Of a stretch of DNA of 64,000 nt, positions 42,022 through 51,374 are shown in pieces. Made by a program: the position numbers and the translations under genes. The stretch is from Gammaproteobacteria bacterium (GTDB taxonomy: Bacteria > Pseudomonadota > Gammaproteobacteria > Pseudomonadales > JADFDG01): contig JADFDG010000002.1 of NCBI GenBank assembly GCA_018262975.1, positions 93,523 to 157,522 of the forward strand, written 5' to 3'. The notes beneath the pieces were generated by a model that did not search any database, was not told where the DNA came from, and was given only the letters and a program-made list of their open reading frames with translations. How positions within the stretch are numbered: position 1 is the first letter of the stretch; each line of letters starts with the position of its first letter.

Positions 42022-43254
42022 ATGACCAGCAAGAAGTCCCTCGAAAAGGACAAGATCAAGTTCCTTCTGCTCGAAGGCGTGCACCAGACCGCGCTCGACA
42101 ACCTCAAGCGCAACGGCTACACGAACATCGAGTACCACAAGAAGGCGCTGGCCGGCGATGAACTGAAGAAGGCGATTGCCGACGCGCACTTTGTCGGCAT
42201 CCGCTCGCGCACGCAGCTCACTGAGGACGTGTTCGCCGAAGCGAAGAAGCTGGTGGCGGTCGGCGCCTTCTGCATCGGCACCAACCAGATCGACCTCGAC
42301 GCGGCGCTGGTACGCGGCATCCCGGTGTTCAACGCCCCGTATTCCAATACCCGCTCGGTGGCCGAGCTGGTGCTGGGCCAGACCATCCTGCTGCTGCGCG
42401 GCATTCCCGACAAGAACGCCAAGGCGCACCGCGGCGAGTGGGTGAAGTCGGCCGACAACAGCTGGGAAGTGCGCGGCAAGACGCTGGGTATCGTTGGTTA
42501 CGGCTCGATCGGCACGCAATTGTCGGTGCTGGCCGAATCGCTGGGCATGCACGTGATCTTCCACGACGTGGTCACCAAGCTGCCGCTGGGCAACGCCGTG
42601 CAAGTGAATTCGCTGGACGAACTGCTGGCCAAGGCCGACGTGGTGACCCTGCATGTGCCGGAGCTGCCGAGCACGCAGATGATGATGAAACGCGAGCAGT
42701 TCGCGAAGATGAAGAAGGGCTCCATCTTCATCAACGCCGCGCGCGGCACCTGCGTGGACATCGACGACGCCTGCGAATTCCTGGAAAGCGGCCACCTGGT
42801 CGGCGCCGCCTTCGACGTGTTCCCGGTGGAACCGAAGGCCAACGACGAAGAGTTCATGTCGCCGCTGCGCAAGTTCGACAACGTGATCCTCACCCCGCAC
42901 ATCGGCGGCTCCACCGCCGAGGCGCAGGCCAACATCGGCCTGGAGGTGTCCGAGAAGTTCGTGCGTTACAGCGACAACGGCTCCACGCTCACCGCCGTCA
43001 ACTTCCCGGAAGTGGCGCTGCCCTCGCACGCAGGCACCCACCGACTCATCCATATCCACAAGAACGTGCCGGGTGTATTGTCCAAGATCAACACGATCTT
43101 CTCGGAAAACAATATCAATATCTCGGGCCAGTACCTGATGACCAACGCCAGGATCGGCTACGTGGTCATCGACGTGGAGGCCGGCGCCAGCAAGCTGGCC
43201 CTGGAAAAACTCCAGGCCATTGAAGGAACCATCCGGACCCGCGTACTGTTCTAA
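42022..43254 (+). CDS. serA: D-3-phosphoglycerate dehydrogenase
   Basis: MTSKKSLEKDKIKFLLLEG..., GKTLGIVGYGSIGTQ, NAARGT.VDI, TPHIGGST, and a C-terminal ACT-like region. 410 aa. Confidence 0.9.
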   Translation: MTSKKSLEKDKIKFLLLEGVHQTALDNLKRNGYTNIEYHKKALAGDELKKAIADAHFVGIRSRTQLTEDVFAEAKKLVAVGAFCIGTNQIDLDAALVRGIPVFNAPYSNTRSVAELVLGQTILLLRGIPDKNAKAHRGEWVKSADNSWEVRGKTLGIVGYGSIGTQLSVLAESLGMHVIFHDVVTKLPLGNAVQVNSLDELLAKADVVTLHVPELPSTQMMMKREQFAKMKKGSIFINAARGTCVDIDDACEFLESGHLVGAAFDVFPVEPKANDEEFMSPLRKFDNVILTPHIGGSTAEAQANIGLEVSEKFVRYSDNGSTLTAVNFPEVALPSHAGTHRLIHIHKNVPGVLSKINTIFSENNINISGQYLMTNARIGYVVIDVEAGASKLALEKLQAIEGTIRTRVLF

Positions 43255-43311
43255 GCCATAACCCCGTCCGGCTGCGGGCGGGGGCCGTTCATCGTTAGGG
43301 AGAACAACACC

Positions 43312-43839
43312 ATGAAACGCGCCCTGCCCCTGCTCGTCCTCGGCTCCGCCCTGAGTGCCAACGCCGTCGCCGGCCCCCAGGTCATCGGCAGCGTCTACAT
43401 GCCGGATGTCGAGGTAGAGAACGTCGATGCCAGCCCGGACGCACTGACCGTTGACGTGCGCTTCCCGCTCAACAAGACCTTCTGGGTCGGCGGTACCCTG
43501 GCCACCTCCCTCAGCGAGGACGCCGTGGCGCCTGGCGTTGACGTGGAAGTCGGCACCTCGTTCACCGTGAACCTCGGCGTGCAGGCCGAGTTCGCCCACC
43601 GCGTGTACGGCTACGGCTACGTGGGCTACGGGTCCGCCGGCGTGGAAAGCAACACCTTCACCGATATCGACGGCAAGGGCCTCGCCTGGGGTCTGGGCAT
43701 GCAGTTCGGCATCGGCGACAACCTGCTGGTGGATGCCGGCTACGCCACGCTGTTCGACGGCGACATGGAAGACGATACGGGTACCGACCTGTCCACCACC
43801 ATCGCCGGCCCGCGCGTCGGCCTCGGCTTCACGTTCTGA
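43312..43839 (+). CDS. small outer-membrane beta-barrel protein
   Basis: Signal peptide, alternating beta-strand pattern, C-terminal ...GLGFTF. Confidence 0.7.
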   Translation: MKRALPLLVLGSALSANAVAGPQVIGSVYMPDVEVENVDASPDALTVDVRFPLNKTFWVGGTLATSLSEDAVAPGVDVEVGTSFTVNLGVQAEFAHRVYGYGYVGYGSAGVESNTFTDIDGKGLAWGLGMQFGIGDNLLVDAGYATLFDGDMEDDTGTDLSTTIAGPRVGLGFTF

Positions 43840-43889
43840 CGCCCCCGGGCCAGCGCCACGGGTGACCGTGGCGCTCCCGTCACCACGCC

Positions 43890-45245
43890 ATGCGTGTCCT
43901 CATCGCGTTCATTGCCGCGCTGCTGCTGTCAGGTTGCGCGGCAACGAGCGTCTTCAACCCCTACCCTCAGCAAGCGCTCGCTTTCCGCCAGGCCACGCTC
44001 GGCGGCCCGGACGCGGCCGCGGTGATGCTCAAGCTCGACAGCAAGCGCAACAGCAACGACCGCATGCTCTACCTGATGGAGCGCGCGCGGCTGGCACAAC
44101 TGTCCGGCGACTACGCTGCCAGCAAGGCTGATTTCGAACAGGTGATCGCCGGCTTCGAGGCAACGGCCGACAAGCCGATGCTGTCGCTGTCCGGCGCCGG
44201 CGCCGCCGGCAGCGCGATGCTCACCAACGACAACGCCATCCCCTACAAGGGCTACCCCTACGAGCAGGTGATGGTCCACCAGTTCCAGGCATTCAATTTC
44301 CTGGGCCTCGGCGACGCGCAGGGCGCCGCCGTGGAATTGCGCCGCGCCCAGCAGGTGCAACGCCAGCTCGAGCTGAAGTACGCCGAGGAGATCAGCAAGG
44401 CGCAGGGCGAAGCTACGCAGAACAACATCTTCGTCAGCGAATACGACAGCTACTTTACCGGCATGGATTCGATCGCCGGGCAGGTAAAGAACTCCTTCCA
44501 GAACGGCTACTCGTTCTACGCTGCCGCGGTGATCTGGGAAGCACTCGGCGAGTACAACGACGCGCTGGTCGACTACAAGAAGGCACTCGAACTGTCGCCG
44601 GACAACGCACAGCTGCGCGACGACGTGATCCGCGCCAACCAGTACTTCGATGGCCGCAAGGCCACGAAGGCCCCGGCCGGCAGCGGCACGGTGGTGGTGC
44701 TGTACGAGCAGGGCTTCGTGCCCGCCAAGAAGCCGGTCGGCCTGGGCATCCCCACCACCGACGGCGGCGTGTTCAGCATCCAGTTCCCGATCTATGACGG
44801 GCTGGATTACACGCCGCCCACGCCGTTGACCGTGCGCAGCGACGACAACAACCGCCAGCAGACCGGCCTGCTGGTCGACACCGGCGCGCTGGCAGTGAAG
44901 GCACTCAAGGAGCAGGTGCCGGCCCTGCTGGTGCGGCAGATCCTGCGCGCCCGCACCAAGTACGAGATGCAGAAGCAGGCCGCCAAGAACGGCGGCCTCG
45001 GCGCGCAGTTCCTCACCAACATCTACAACCTGGTGTCCGAACAGGCCGACCTGCGCAGCTGGCTGACGCTGCCGGCCAACGCCCAGGGGGTACGCCTGGC
45101 GCTGCCGGCCGGCAGCCGCTCGCTGGAACTGTCCGGCAGCAGCGGCAGCCTGTCGGTGCCGGTGGACGTACGCGCCGGGAGAACTACCATCATCCGTGTG
45201 GTCGAAGTAAACGGACGGCTGTTGACGCAAACCTTTGCGCTCTAG
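43890..45245 (+). CDS. TPR-like lipoprotein (COG3014-like)
   Basis: Lipobox LLLSGC. Contains ALVDYKKALELSPDNAQ (TPR-like). Confidence 0.6.
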   Translation: MRVLIAFIAALLLSGCAATSVFNPYPQQALAFRQATLGGPDAAAVMLKLDSKRNSNDRMLYLMERARLAQLSGDYAASKADFEQVIAGFEATADKPMLSLSGAGAAGSAMLTNDNAIPYKGYPYEQVMVHQFQAFNFLGLGDAQGAAVELRRAQQVQRQLELKYAEEISKAQGEATQNNIFVSEYDSYFTGMDSIAGQVKNSFQNGYSFYAAAVIWEALGEYNDALVDYKKALELSPDNAQLRDDVIRANQYFDGRKATKAPAGSGTVVVLYEQGFVPAKKPVGLGIPTTDGGVFSIQFPIYDGLDYTPPTPLTVRSDDNNRQQTGLLVDTGALAVKALKEQVPALLVRQILRARTKYEMQKQAAKNGGLGAQFLTNIYNLVSEQADLRSWLTLPANAQGVRLALPAGSRSLELSGSSGSLSVPVDVRAGRTTIIRVVEVNGRLLTQTFAL

Positions 45246-45275
45246 GAACTGGAGCCAACCTGAGAGGCTAACCTT

Positions 45276-45668
45276 ATGAAATACCGTGCATTTCTTGCCC
45301 TGATCGTGGTTGGCGCCCTGACTGGCTGCGCCGGGATGAAGACGGCCGAGTCCGCCGACGGCGACAAGGTGAAGTACCAGGTGATCGCCACCGGCGACAC
45401 CGAGGACCGCCTCGACGTGCTGAACGTGGTGAGCGCGAAGTCCGGCGACCTCACCAAGGCCAGCGTCGAACTGCAGAACGATTCGAACTTCGCCTACACC
45501 TTCGAGTACCGCTTCAAGTGGTACGACGCCGCCGGCATGGAGATCAACCCGGACGCTACCGCGTGGACGCCGGTGTCGATCATGGCGAAGGAAACCAAGT
45601 CACTGCAGGCGCTGGCCCCCAACCCCACGGCGGCCACGTTCAAGCTGTTCCTCCAGGAAAAACCGTAA
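45276..45668 (+). CDS. YcfL-family (DUF1425) lipoprotein
   Basis: Lipobox LTGC, about 130 aa, with ...ELQN.S......YRFKWYD..G.E motifs. Confidence 0.65.
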   Translation: MKYRAFLALIVVGALTGCAGMKTAESADGDKVKYQVIATGDTEDRLDVLNVVSAKSGDLTKASVELQNDSNFAYTFEYRFKWYDAAGMEINPDATAWTPVSIMAKETKSLQALAPNPTAATFKLFLQEKP

Positions 45669-45699
45669 GTCGCGCTGAACATCACAGGGAGTCTCCGAC

Positions 45700-46305
45700 A
45701 TGAAACGCATCGTTGTCGCCACGCTTGTCGGCGCGGCCATCGCCTCCACCCCGTTCCTTTCCGGTTGCGCCAACAAGGTCGCCTATGGCGATGCGCAGGC
45801 GGTGGAAACCGTCAACACCGACTTCGGCTCCACCGACCTGCAACAGATCGCTGCCAAGATGACCGATGACATGCTGGCGTTCCCGCCGGTGGTGCAGGTC
45901 ACCCAGCAGCGTCGCCCGGTGATCTTCGTCGACAAGATCAAGAACAAGACCACCGAGCACATCGACACCGAGTCGATCACCGACACCATCCAGACCAAGG
46001 TGATCAACTCCGGCAAGTTCCGCTTCGTGGACATGACCGCGGTGAAGCAGGTGCAGGAACAGCTCGACTTCCAGACCGACTCCGGCATGGTCAACCCGCA
46101 GACCGCGGTGAAGATCGGCCAGCAGATCGGCGCCGAGTACATGCTGTACGGCAACATGTCCAGCATCGTGAAGCAGAGCGGCAGCACCAAGGACGTGTAC
46201 TACAAGTTCACGCTGAAGCTGCTGCACCTGCAGAGCGGCATCGTCGAGTGGCAGGGCGAGAAGGAAATCCGCAAGACGAAGACCAAGTCGCTGCTGGGCA
46301 TGTAA
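45700..46305 (+). CDS. LpoB-like lipoprotein (COG3417)
   Basis: Lipobox LSGC. VIFVDKIKNKT...NSGKF.FVD......QL......IG..IGAEYMLYG parallels the E. coli LpoB C-terminal domain. Confidence 0.75.
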   Translation: MKRIVVATLVGAAIASTPFLSGCANKVAYGDAQAVETVNTDFGSTDLQQIAAKMTDDMLAFPPVVQVTQQRRPVIFVDKIKNKTTEHIDTESITDTIQTKVINSGKFRFVDMTAVKQVQEQLDFQTDSGMVNPQTAVKIGQQIGAEYMLYGNMSSIVKQSGSTKDVYYKFTLKLLHLQSGIVEWQGEKEIRKTKTKSLLGM

Positions 46306-46317
46306 GGAGGTTCCGCC

Positions 46318-47301
46318 ATGTTGCGCCTGATGCTGTTCGTCATCGGCCTGTTCTCGGCCACCGCGTTCGCCGCCACCACCGATGTCACCCGCGTAACGGA
46401 GGGCATCGGTGCCACCCAGCAGGAAGCCGTTTCCAACGCGCTGGTGGAAGCCGTGCGCCAGGTGCGGGGCTCGGCGGCGGGCGTCGACCGCAGCGTCGAG
46501 GAGACCATGGCAATGGTCGCCACTGCCGGCGGCGCGATCATCGAGAAGACCACGAAGCCAGTCGCGGAGGTCTACACCACCTCGCGCGGCTTCGTGCGCA
46601 GCTACGAGGTGCTCGAGCAGCGCGCCACCGACAAGGGCGTATACGTGCGCATCCGCGCCGTGGTGCCGAACTTCGAGTCCGCGATCAGTGATGCCGGCAA
46701 GCAGCGCGTCGCCGTGCTGCCATTCCGCATCACCGCCAGCGGCTTCCGCCTGGTCGACCATGGCGATCCGGTGGCCTTCTCGCAGCGCCTCGCCGACCGG
46801 CTGGTGAGCGAGATGTCCGCGCAACCGGACGTCGTGCTGGTGAACCGCGACTTCTTCGTCGAACTCGGCCTGGAGAAGGCCGTGCTGGGCGCCGATGCCG
46901 CACCGGAGGAACTCACCCGCCTGGGCGCGTCGGTGGGCGCGGATTTCCTGCTGGTGGGCCGTATCCAGGAAGCGCGCACGGAAATCGAGGAAGGCGCCTA
47001 CGGCGGCAAGCCGAAGAAGGTCGATGAAGTCCGCCTGTCCTGGCGCATGATCGAAGCCGCCACCGGCAAGCTGCTGCGCGCCGGCGAGATCGCCTTCGAC
47101 AACGTGCGCAAGGAGCAGAACCCCTACAGCTGGAAGAAGCGCGACGATTTCGAGGCCAGCGTGCTGTTCACCGCGCTGGCGCGCAATGTCACCCAGGCAG
47201 CATTGGGCCGCGAGGAAGCGGCGGCTGCCACCGCCGCGCCGGCGCCGGCAGCGCCGGTTGAACTGACCCCCGGGTCGAGCGACAAGCCACTCGCGTGGTG
47301 A
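46318..47301 (+). CDS. periplasmic protein with LPP20-like N-domain and CsgG/TolB-N/LpoB-like fold domain
   Basis: Signal peptide without Cys. VAVLPFRI...LADRLVSEM...VVLVNRD...LG..VGADFLLVGRI has the same pattern as CsgG/LpoB/FlgO-type proteins. Confidence 0.5.
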   Translation: MLRLMLFVIGLFSATAFAATTDVTRVTEGIGATQQEAVSNALVEAVRQVRGSAAGVDRSVEETMAMVATAGGAIIEKTTKPVAEVYTTSRGFVRSYEVLEQRATDKGVYVRIRAVVPNFESAISDAGKQRVAVLPFRITASGFRLVDHGDPVAFSQRLADRLVSEMSAQPDVVLVNRDFFVELGLEKAVLGADAAPEELTRLGASVGADFLLVGRIQEARTEIEEGAYGGKPKKVDEVRLSWRMIEAATGKLLRAGEIAFDNVRKEQNPYSWKKRDDFEASVLFTALARNVTQAALGREEAAAATAAPAPAAPVELTPGSSDKPLAW

Positions 47302-50300
47302 TGTCCGGGCGGGGCAGGCGCTACGCCGCCTGCCTTGCCGTGCTGTGGCTGGCCTGTGGCCAGCTGGCCCTCGCCGGCGCCGCACCGGCCGCGCAGACCT
47401 CACTGGCTACCCGGGCCACCGCCGCCTGGTTCGCCGGCCACCTCGACGAATCCCTCGCCCTCGCGCAGGTTTGCGCGAGTACATGCACCGAGACGGGCGC
47501 AGCCGACCAGTCAGCGCTGCTGGCCGCGACCATCGATGCACTGTTTGCGCGCTTCGACGCGGCCCGCGAACGGCTGTTGCCGCTGACGGGCGACGGCCAC
47601 GCGATGTCCGTGCGGGTCGTGGCGCACGCACAGCTGGCCGACCTCGCACTGGCCATGGCTCGCCATGACGAGGCAACCGCCCGGATCGTCGCCGGGCAAC
47701 GGCTGGCGTCCTCGCTGCCGGCGTCACACGAGGCCAGGCTTGCCATCGACACCGTGGAAGCCGGCGTGCTGCGCGATCGCGGCGACACCGCGCGCGCCCG
47801 TGAACGCTACGGCGCGCTCGCCGCGCAATTGCCGGCGGCGGATTCCGAAGCAGTCGCGCGCGTGCTTGTCGATGCCGGGCAGTTCGCCATCTACGATCGC
47901 CGCCCGGCCGACGTGGGACGCTGGCTCACGGCAGGCTGCGCGATGCGCGAGCGCCTGTTTGCCGCGGATCACCCGTTGCGACTGTCCTGCGAATCCGTCT
48001 CGGCCAGCGAGCTGTTCCGCCAGGACCGGCTGGCGGAGGCTGCGCGCCTGCATGCTTCCATCCTCGAGCGACGACGCGCACGGTTGCCGGAGCACTCGCC
48101 GGATGTCGCGGAATCGCTCTATGCACTGGCACTGGTCGAATCGCGCCTGCCCGGCCGCACCGGCGACGCGATCGCGCATCTCGGTTCGGCACTGGACAGC
48201 TGGCGCACCCTGTTCGGAGCGGGCCATCCCTGGATCGCGCAGGGGCTGCGGGCGCGCGGCCAATGGCAGTACTACGCGGGCCACCTCGACGACGCGGCCG
48301 CATCGCTGGCCGAAGCACTGGCGATGTTCGAGCAGGCCGGCCTCGGTGACGGCAGCGACGCGGCGCGCATACTGCACGATCTGGCCAGCGTGCGAGAACA
48401 GCAGTACCAGCCGGCCGAAGCAGCGCGCCTGATGGCACGCGCCGCGGCGATCACCGCACGCATTGCCGGCGAGAACAGCACCGGGTACGCCACGCGACTG
48501 GTGCGCCTCGCCTCGCTGGCGGCCGGCGCCGCGGATTTCGGCACTGCGCTGGCGTCCCTGGCAGAGGCAGAACGGATCTACGCCAGTGCGGGACTCACGG
48601 CCACCGCGCCTGAGCGTCTCGCCCTGCTCGAGCACCGCTTGCGCCTGCAATTGGCGACTAGCGATGCGTCAGGCGCGCGGGCGAGCGCCATCGACCTGCG
48701 CCGCTGGCGGGAAGCCGCCGATGACTGGCAACGACCGGCACGCCGCTTGTCCGTGCTCAACCTGCAGGCCCTGGCCGCGCGCCTGGATGGCCGGATCGTG
48801 GATGCCATGGCGCTGTGGCGCGAAGCAGCCGCCATCCCGGCCACCGACGACGTCGCTCTCGGCCACCGCCGCGCCGCGCAACTGAACCTCGCGCTGGCAG
48901 ACCCTCACCAGGCGTCGGCGAGGGCGACCTTCGATGCGCTGGCCGACGACCCGCGCGCATCGACCCTCGCGCGTGCCGTAGCGCTGCTCGGCCGTTCGCG
49001 CCTGGCGCTGGCCAGCGGGGACATCGCCGCCGCGGCAGCGGACTCCGCGCGCAGCCTGCAACTGTCGGCGCTCGCCGAGGATCCCGTGCAGTTCGCCTGG
49101 GCCCTGCACCAGCACGCGCGGGTCCTGCAGCAACAGGGCAAGCCCGCACCGGCCATCGTGTTGCTGCGCGCGGCCGTCGAGCGTGCCCAGGCACAGCGCG
49201 CAGGCCTGGCGTTGCAGCAACCCGCGATCGCGCGCAGCCTGCTCGAACGCAACGCCGTCCTGTACCGCGACCTCGCCGGCGCACTGCTCGGCGCGGGCCG
49301 CCTTGGCGAAGCCGAGCAGGTCACACGCGAACTGCGCTCCGCCGAACAACGCGAACTGCGGACGCGCGGCGGCGGCCCGGCACCTGCCGCGCTGCCGGCA
49401 CTACCCGACGAGATCGCCGGAGCAAACGACCTGCTGCTCTCGGCGGCCGATCTCGTGGCGCTGTCTCGCGAACAGGCGGTGCTGGCGCGACGCCAGCAAT
49501 CTGCCACGGCGACACCGGACGAGCTCGCACGCCTCGCCGCCATCACCGGGGATATCGCCCGCGCACAACGCGCCTTCGACGACACCCTTCGCCGCATCGA
49601 GAAGATCCGGCGCGAGCAGCGCATTGCCACCGACACCGCGGGCCTTGCCGCCTTGCAGCCCTCGCTGCGCCGCACGAACGGCGCGGCCGTTGCCCTGCAG
49701 TACATTGCCGCCAGCGACGAGTTGCACATCCTGATGACCACCGGCGAAGCGCGTACCGCGTTTTCCGTGCCTGTCGGTAGCGCGGAGGTTGCGCGTCGCG
49801 TATTCAACCTGCGCGAAGCCATCCGCCAGCGCGCTCCGGGCGAAGCAGCGCGCGCGGCGCGCGAACTGCACGATACCCTGCTCCCGCCACCCGTGCGGGC
49901 CGCGCTCACCGCCAGCAAGGCACGACACCTGTTGCTGGCGCCCGACGGCACGCTCCGTTACGTCCCATTCGCTGCGCTGCGCGATGCCAGCGGCCGCTAC
50001 CTGGTCGAGGACTTCGCGCTATCGCTGCTCGGCGCCGGCGCTCACGCCACCGCGCCATCGGCGGGCAGCCGCCATGGCTGGCAGGTGGCTGCCATGGGCC
50101 TCACGCAGGCCCGCGAAGGCCTGGAACCGCTGCCGGCCGTGGCGGACGAGCTCGACGGCATCGTGCGCGAGCGCGAAGGCGACGACGGGGTGATCGACGG
50201 CACGCGGCTCCTCGACGAGCATTTCGACGAGGCGGCGCTGCGTGACGCGCTCGATCGCCAGGTACCGGCGCTGCACCTCGCCAGCCACTTCGTCCTGCAA

Positions 50301-50792
50301 CCGCTCGCGCCGCAGCAGTCGTTCCTGGTGCTCGGCAACGGCCGGCTTACGCTCGACGACCTGGTCTACGCACCACTGCCGTGGGATTTCAGCGGCGTGC
50401 AACTGGTCACGCTTTCCGCCTGCGAGACCGCGCTCAACCTTGGCGTTGGCGCCGACGGCATCGAGGTTGGCGGCCTGACCGACCTGCTTGAGGAACGCGG
50501 CGCCGGCAGCGTGCTCGCCACGCTGTGGCCCGTGGCGGACGCCAGCACGGCGCGCTTCATGCGCGAGTTCTACCTGCGACTGCTCGCCGACCCGAAGGCC
50601 ACGCGCGCCGAGGCTCTGCGCGCGGTGCAACTGGCCTTCATCCGCGGCGAGCGAATGGCCGGCACGGACGACAAGCTGCGCGGCGTGGTACGCGAGGACG
50701 CCAAGGCCGACGCGCGCGCGGTACCGGCGGCCGCGGGCTGGGAGCACCCTTACTTCTGGGCGCCCTTTGTCCTGTCGGGACAGTGGCGCTAG
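47301..50792 (+). CDS. TPR-repeat CHAT-domain (caspase-like) protein with N-terminal signal peptide
   Basis: N-terminus GRGRRYAACLAVLWLACGQLALAGA. About 700 aa of Ala/Leu-rich TPR-like repeats. The C-terminal CHAT dyad context is LHLASHF ... LVTLSACET. The start (GTG 47295 or ATG 47301) overlaps the upstream stop. Confidence 0.8.
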   Translation: MSGRGRRYAACLAVLWLACGQLALAGAAPAAQTSLATRATAAWFAGHLDESLALAQVCASTCTETGAADQSALLAATIDALFARFDAARERLLPLTGDGHAMSVRVVAHAQLADLALAMARHDEATARIVAGQRLASSLPASHEARLAIDTVEAGVLRDRGDTARARERYGALAAQLPAADSEAVARVLVDAGQFAIYDRRPADVGRWLTAGCAMRERLFAADHPLRLSCESVSASELFRQDRLAEAARLHASILERRRARLPEHSPDVAESLYALALVESRLPGRTGDAIAHLGSALDSWRTLFGAGHPWIAQGLRARGQWQYYAGHLDDAAASLAEALAMFEQAGLGDGSDAARILHDLASVREQQYQPAEAARLMARAAAITARIAGENSTGYATRLVRLASLAAGAADFGTALASLAEAERIYASAGLTATAPERLALLEHRLRLQLATSDASGARASAIDLRRWREAADDWQRPARRLSVLNLQALAARLDGRIVDAMALWREAAAIPATDDVALGHRRAAQLNLALADPHQASARATFDALADDPRASTLARAVALLGRSRLALASGDIAAAAADSARSLQLSALAEDPVQFAWALHQHARVLQQQGKPAPAIVLLRAAVERAQAQRAGLALQQPAIARSLLERNAVLYRDLAGALLGAGRLGEAEQVTRELRSAEQRELRTRGGGPAPAALPALPDEIAGANDLLLSAADLVALSREQAVLARRQQSATATPDELARLAAITGDIARAQRAFDDTLRRIEKIRREQRIATDTAGLAALQPSLRRTNGAAVALQYIAASDELHILMTTGEARTAFSVPVGSAEVARRVFNLREAIRQRAPGEAARAARELHDTLLPPPVRAALTASKARHLLLAPDGTLRYVPFAALRDASGRYLVEDFALSLLGAGAHATAPSAGSRHGWQVAAMGLTQAREGLEPLPAVADELDGIVREREGDDGVIDGTRLLDEHFDEAALRDALDRQVPALHLASHFVLQPLAPQQSFLVLGNGRLTLDDLVYAPLPWDFSGVQLVTLSACETALNLGVGADGIEVGGLTDLLEERGAGSVLATLWPVADASTARFMREFYLRLLADPKATRAEALRAVQLAFIRGERMAGTDDKLRGVVREDAKADARAVPAAAGWEHPYFWAPFVLSGQWR

Positions 50793-50806
50793 ACTGGCGG
50801 CGCACC

Positions 50807-51370
50807 ATGAGGGCGCACCTTTCCGGAATCAACGACATGCCTCGCCACAGCAAGCCGGTGATACGCGCCGCGCTCGTCGCCGTGCTCGCCTTCCTGGTCA
50901 CGGCACTGACGGCGTGTGCCACCCGTGATGCAGCCAGGCCGGAGCCGGTCGCATCCGCGCCACCACCGGCGCCCGAGTTGATGGATACGCTGGCGCTCGT
51001 CGACCCCGCTACGGGCATCACCACGACGGTGGATCCGATGTCCGGCACCGTGCTGCGGTTTGCGAGCAACAGCGCCGAGCTCGACGAGGTCGCAAGGCAA
51101 GCCTGCTTTCACCTCGTACAGATCCTCCACCGCGAGCCCGGCCTGCGCGTCATCGTGGCAGGCCACGCCGACGAGCGCGGCTCGTCGGATTACAACCTGG
51201 AACTCGCCTTGAAACGCGCCACCTCGGTGGCCAATCACCTGGTCATGCTTGGCGTGCAGGCCAGCCAGGTTGAGACCGTCAGTTATGGCGAGGAGAGGCC
51301 GCACTCGCTGGAGGCCGGCGAGGCTGGCTGGGCACTGAATCGCCGCGTGGAGATCAGTTTCATCCGCTGA
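50807..51370 (+). CDS. OmpA-family (Pal-like) lipoprotein
   Basis: Lipobox LTAC. The OmpA_C motif is VIVAGHADERGSSDYNLELALKRA...V..L...GV.......SYGEERP. Alternative start at 50837. Confidence 0.8.
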   Translation: MRAHLSGINDMPRHSKPVIRAALVAVLAFLVTALTACATRDAARPEPVASAPPPAPELMDTLALVDPATGITTTVDPMSGTVLRFASNSAELDEVARQACFHLVQILHREPGLRVIVAGHADERGSSDYNLELALKRATSVANHLVMLGVQASQVETVSYGEERPHSLEAGEAGWALNRRVEISFIR

Positions 51371-51374
51371 CGCG

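Noticed and set aside
40489-43254. Back-to-back D2HGDH-like FAD oxidoreductase and serA genes.
   Set aside because: It fits the known metabolic coupling reported in Pseudomonas: SerA produces D-2-hydroxyglutarate, which D2HGDH recycles. It is expected biology, not novel.
47301-50792. TPR-CHAT protein as a Craspase (Csx29)-like immune protease.
   Set aside because: No gRAMP/Cas7-11 or other cas genes are nearby. The protein has an export-signal-like N-terminus and sits in a lipoprotein/OmpA envelope operon in the core genome. I kept it as an envelope-system finding instead.
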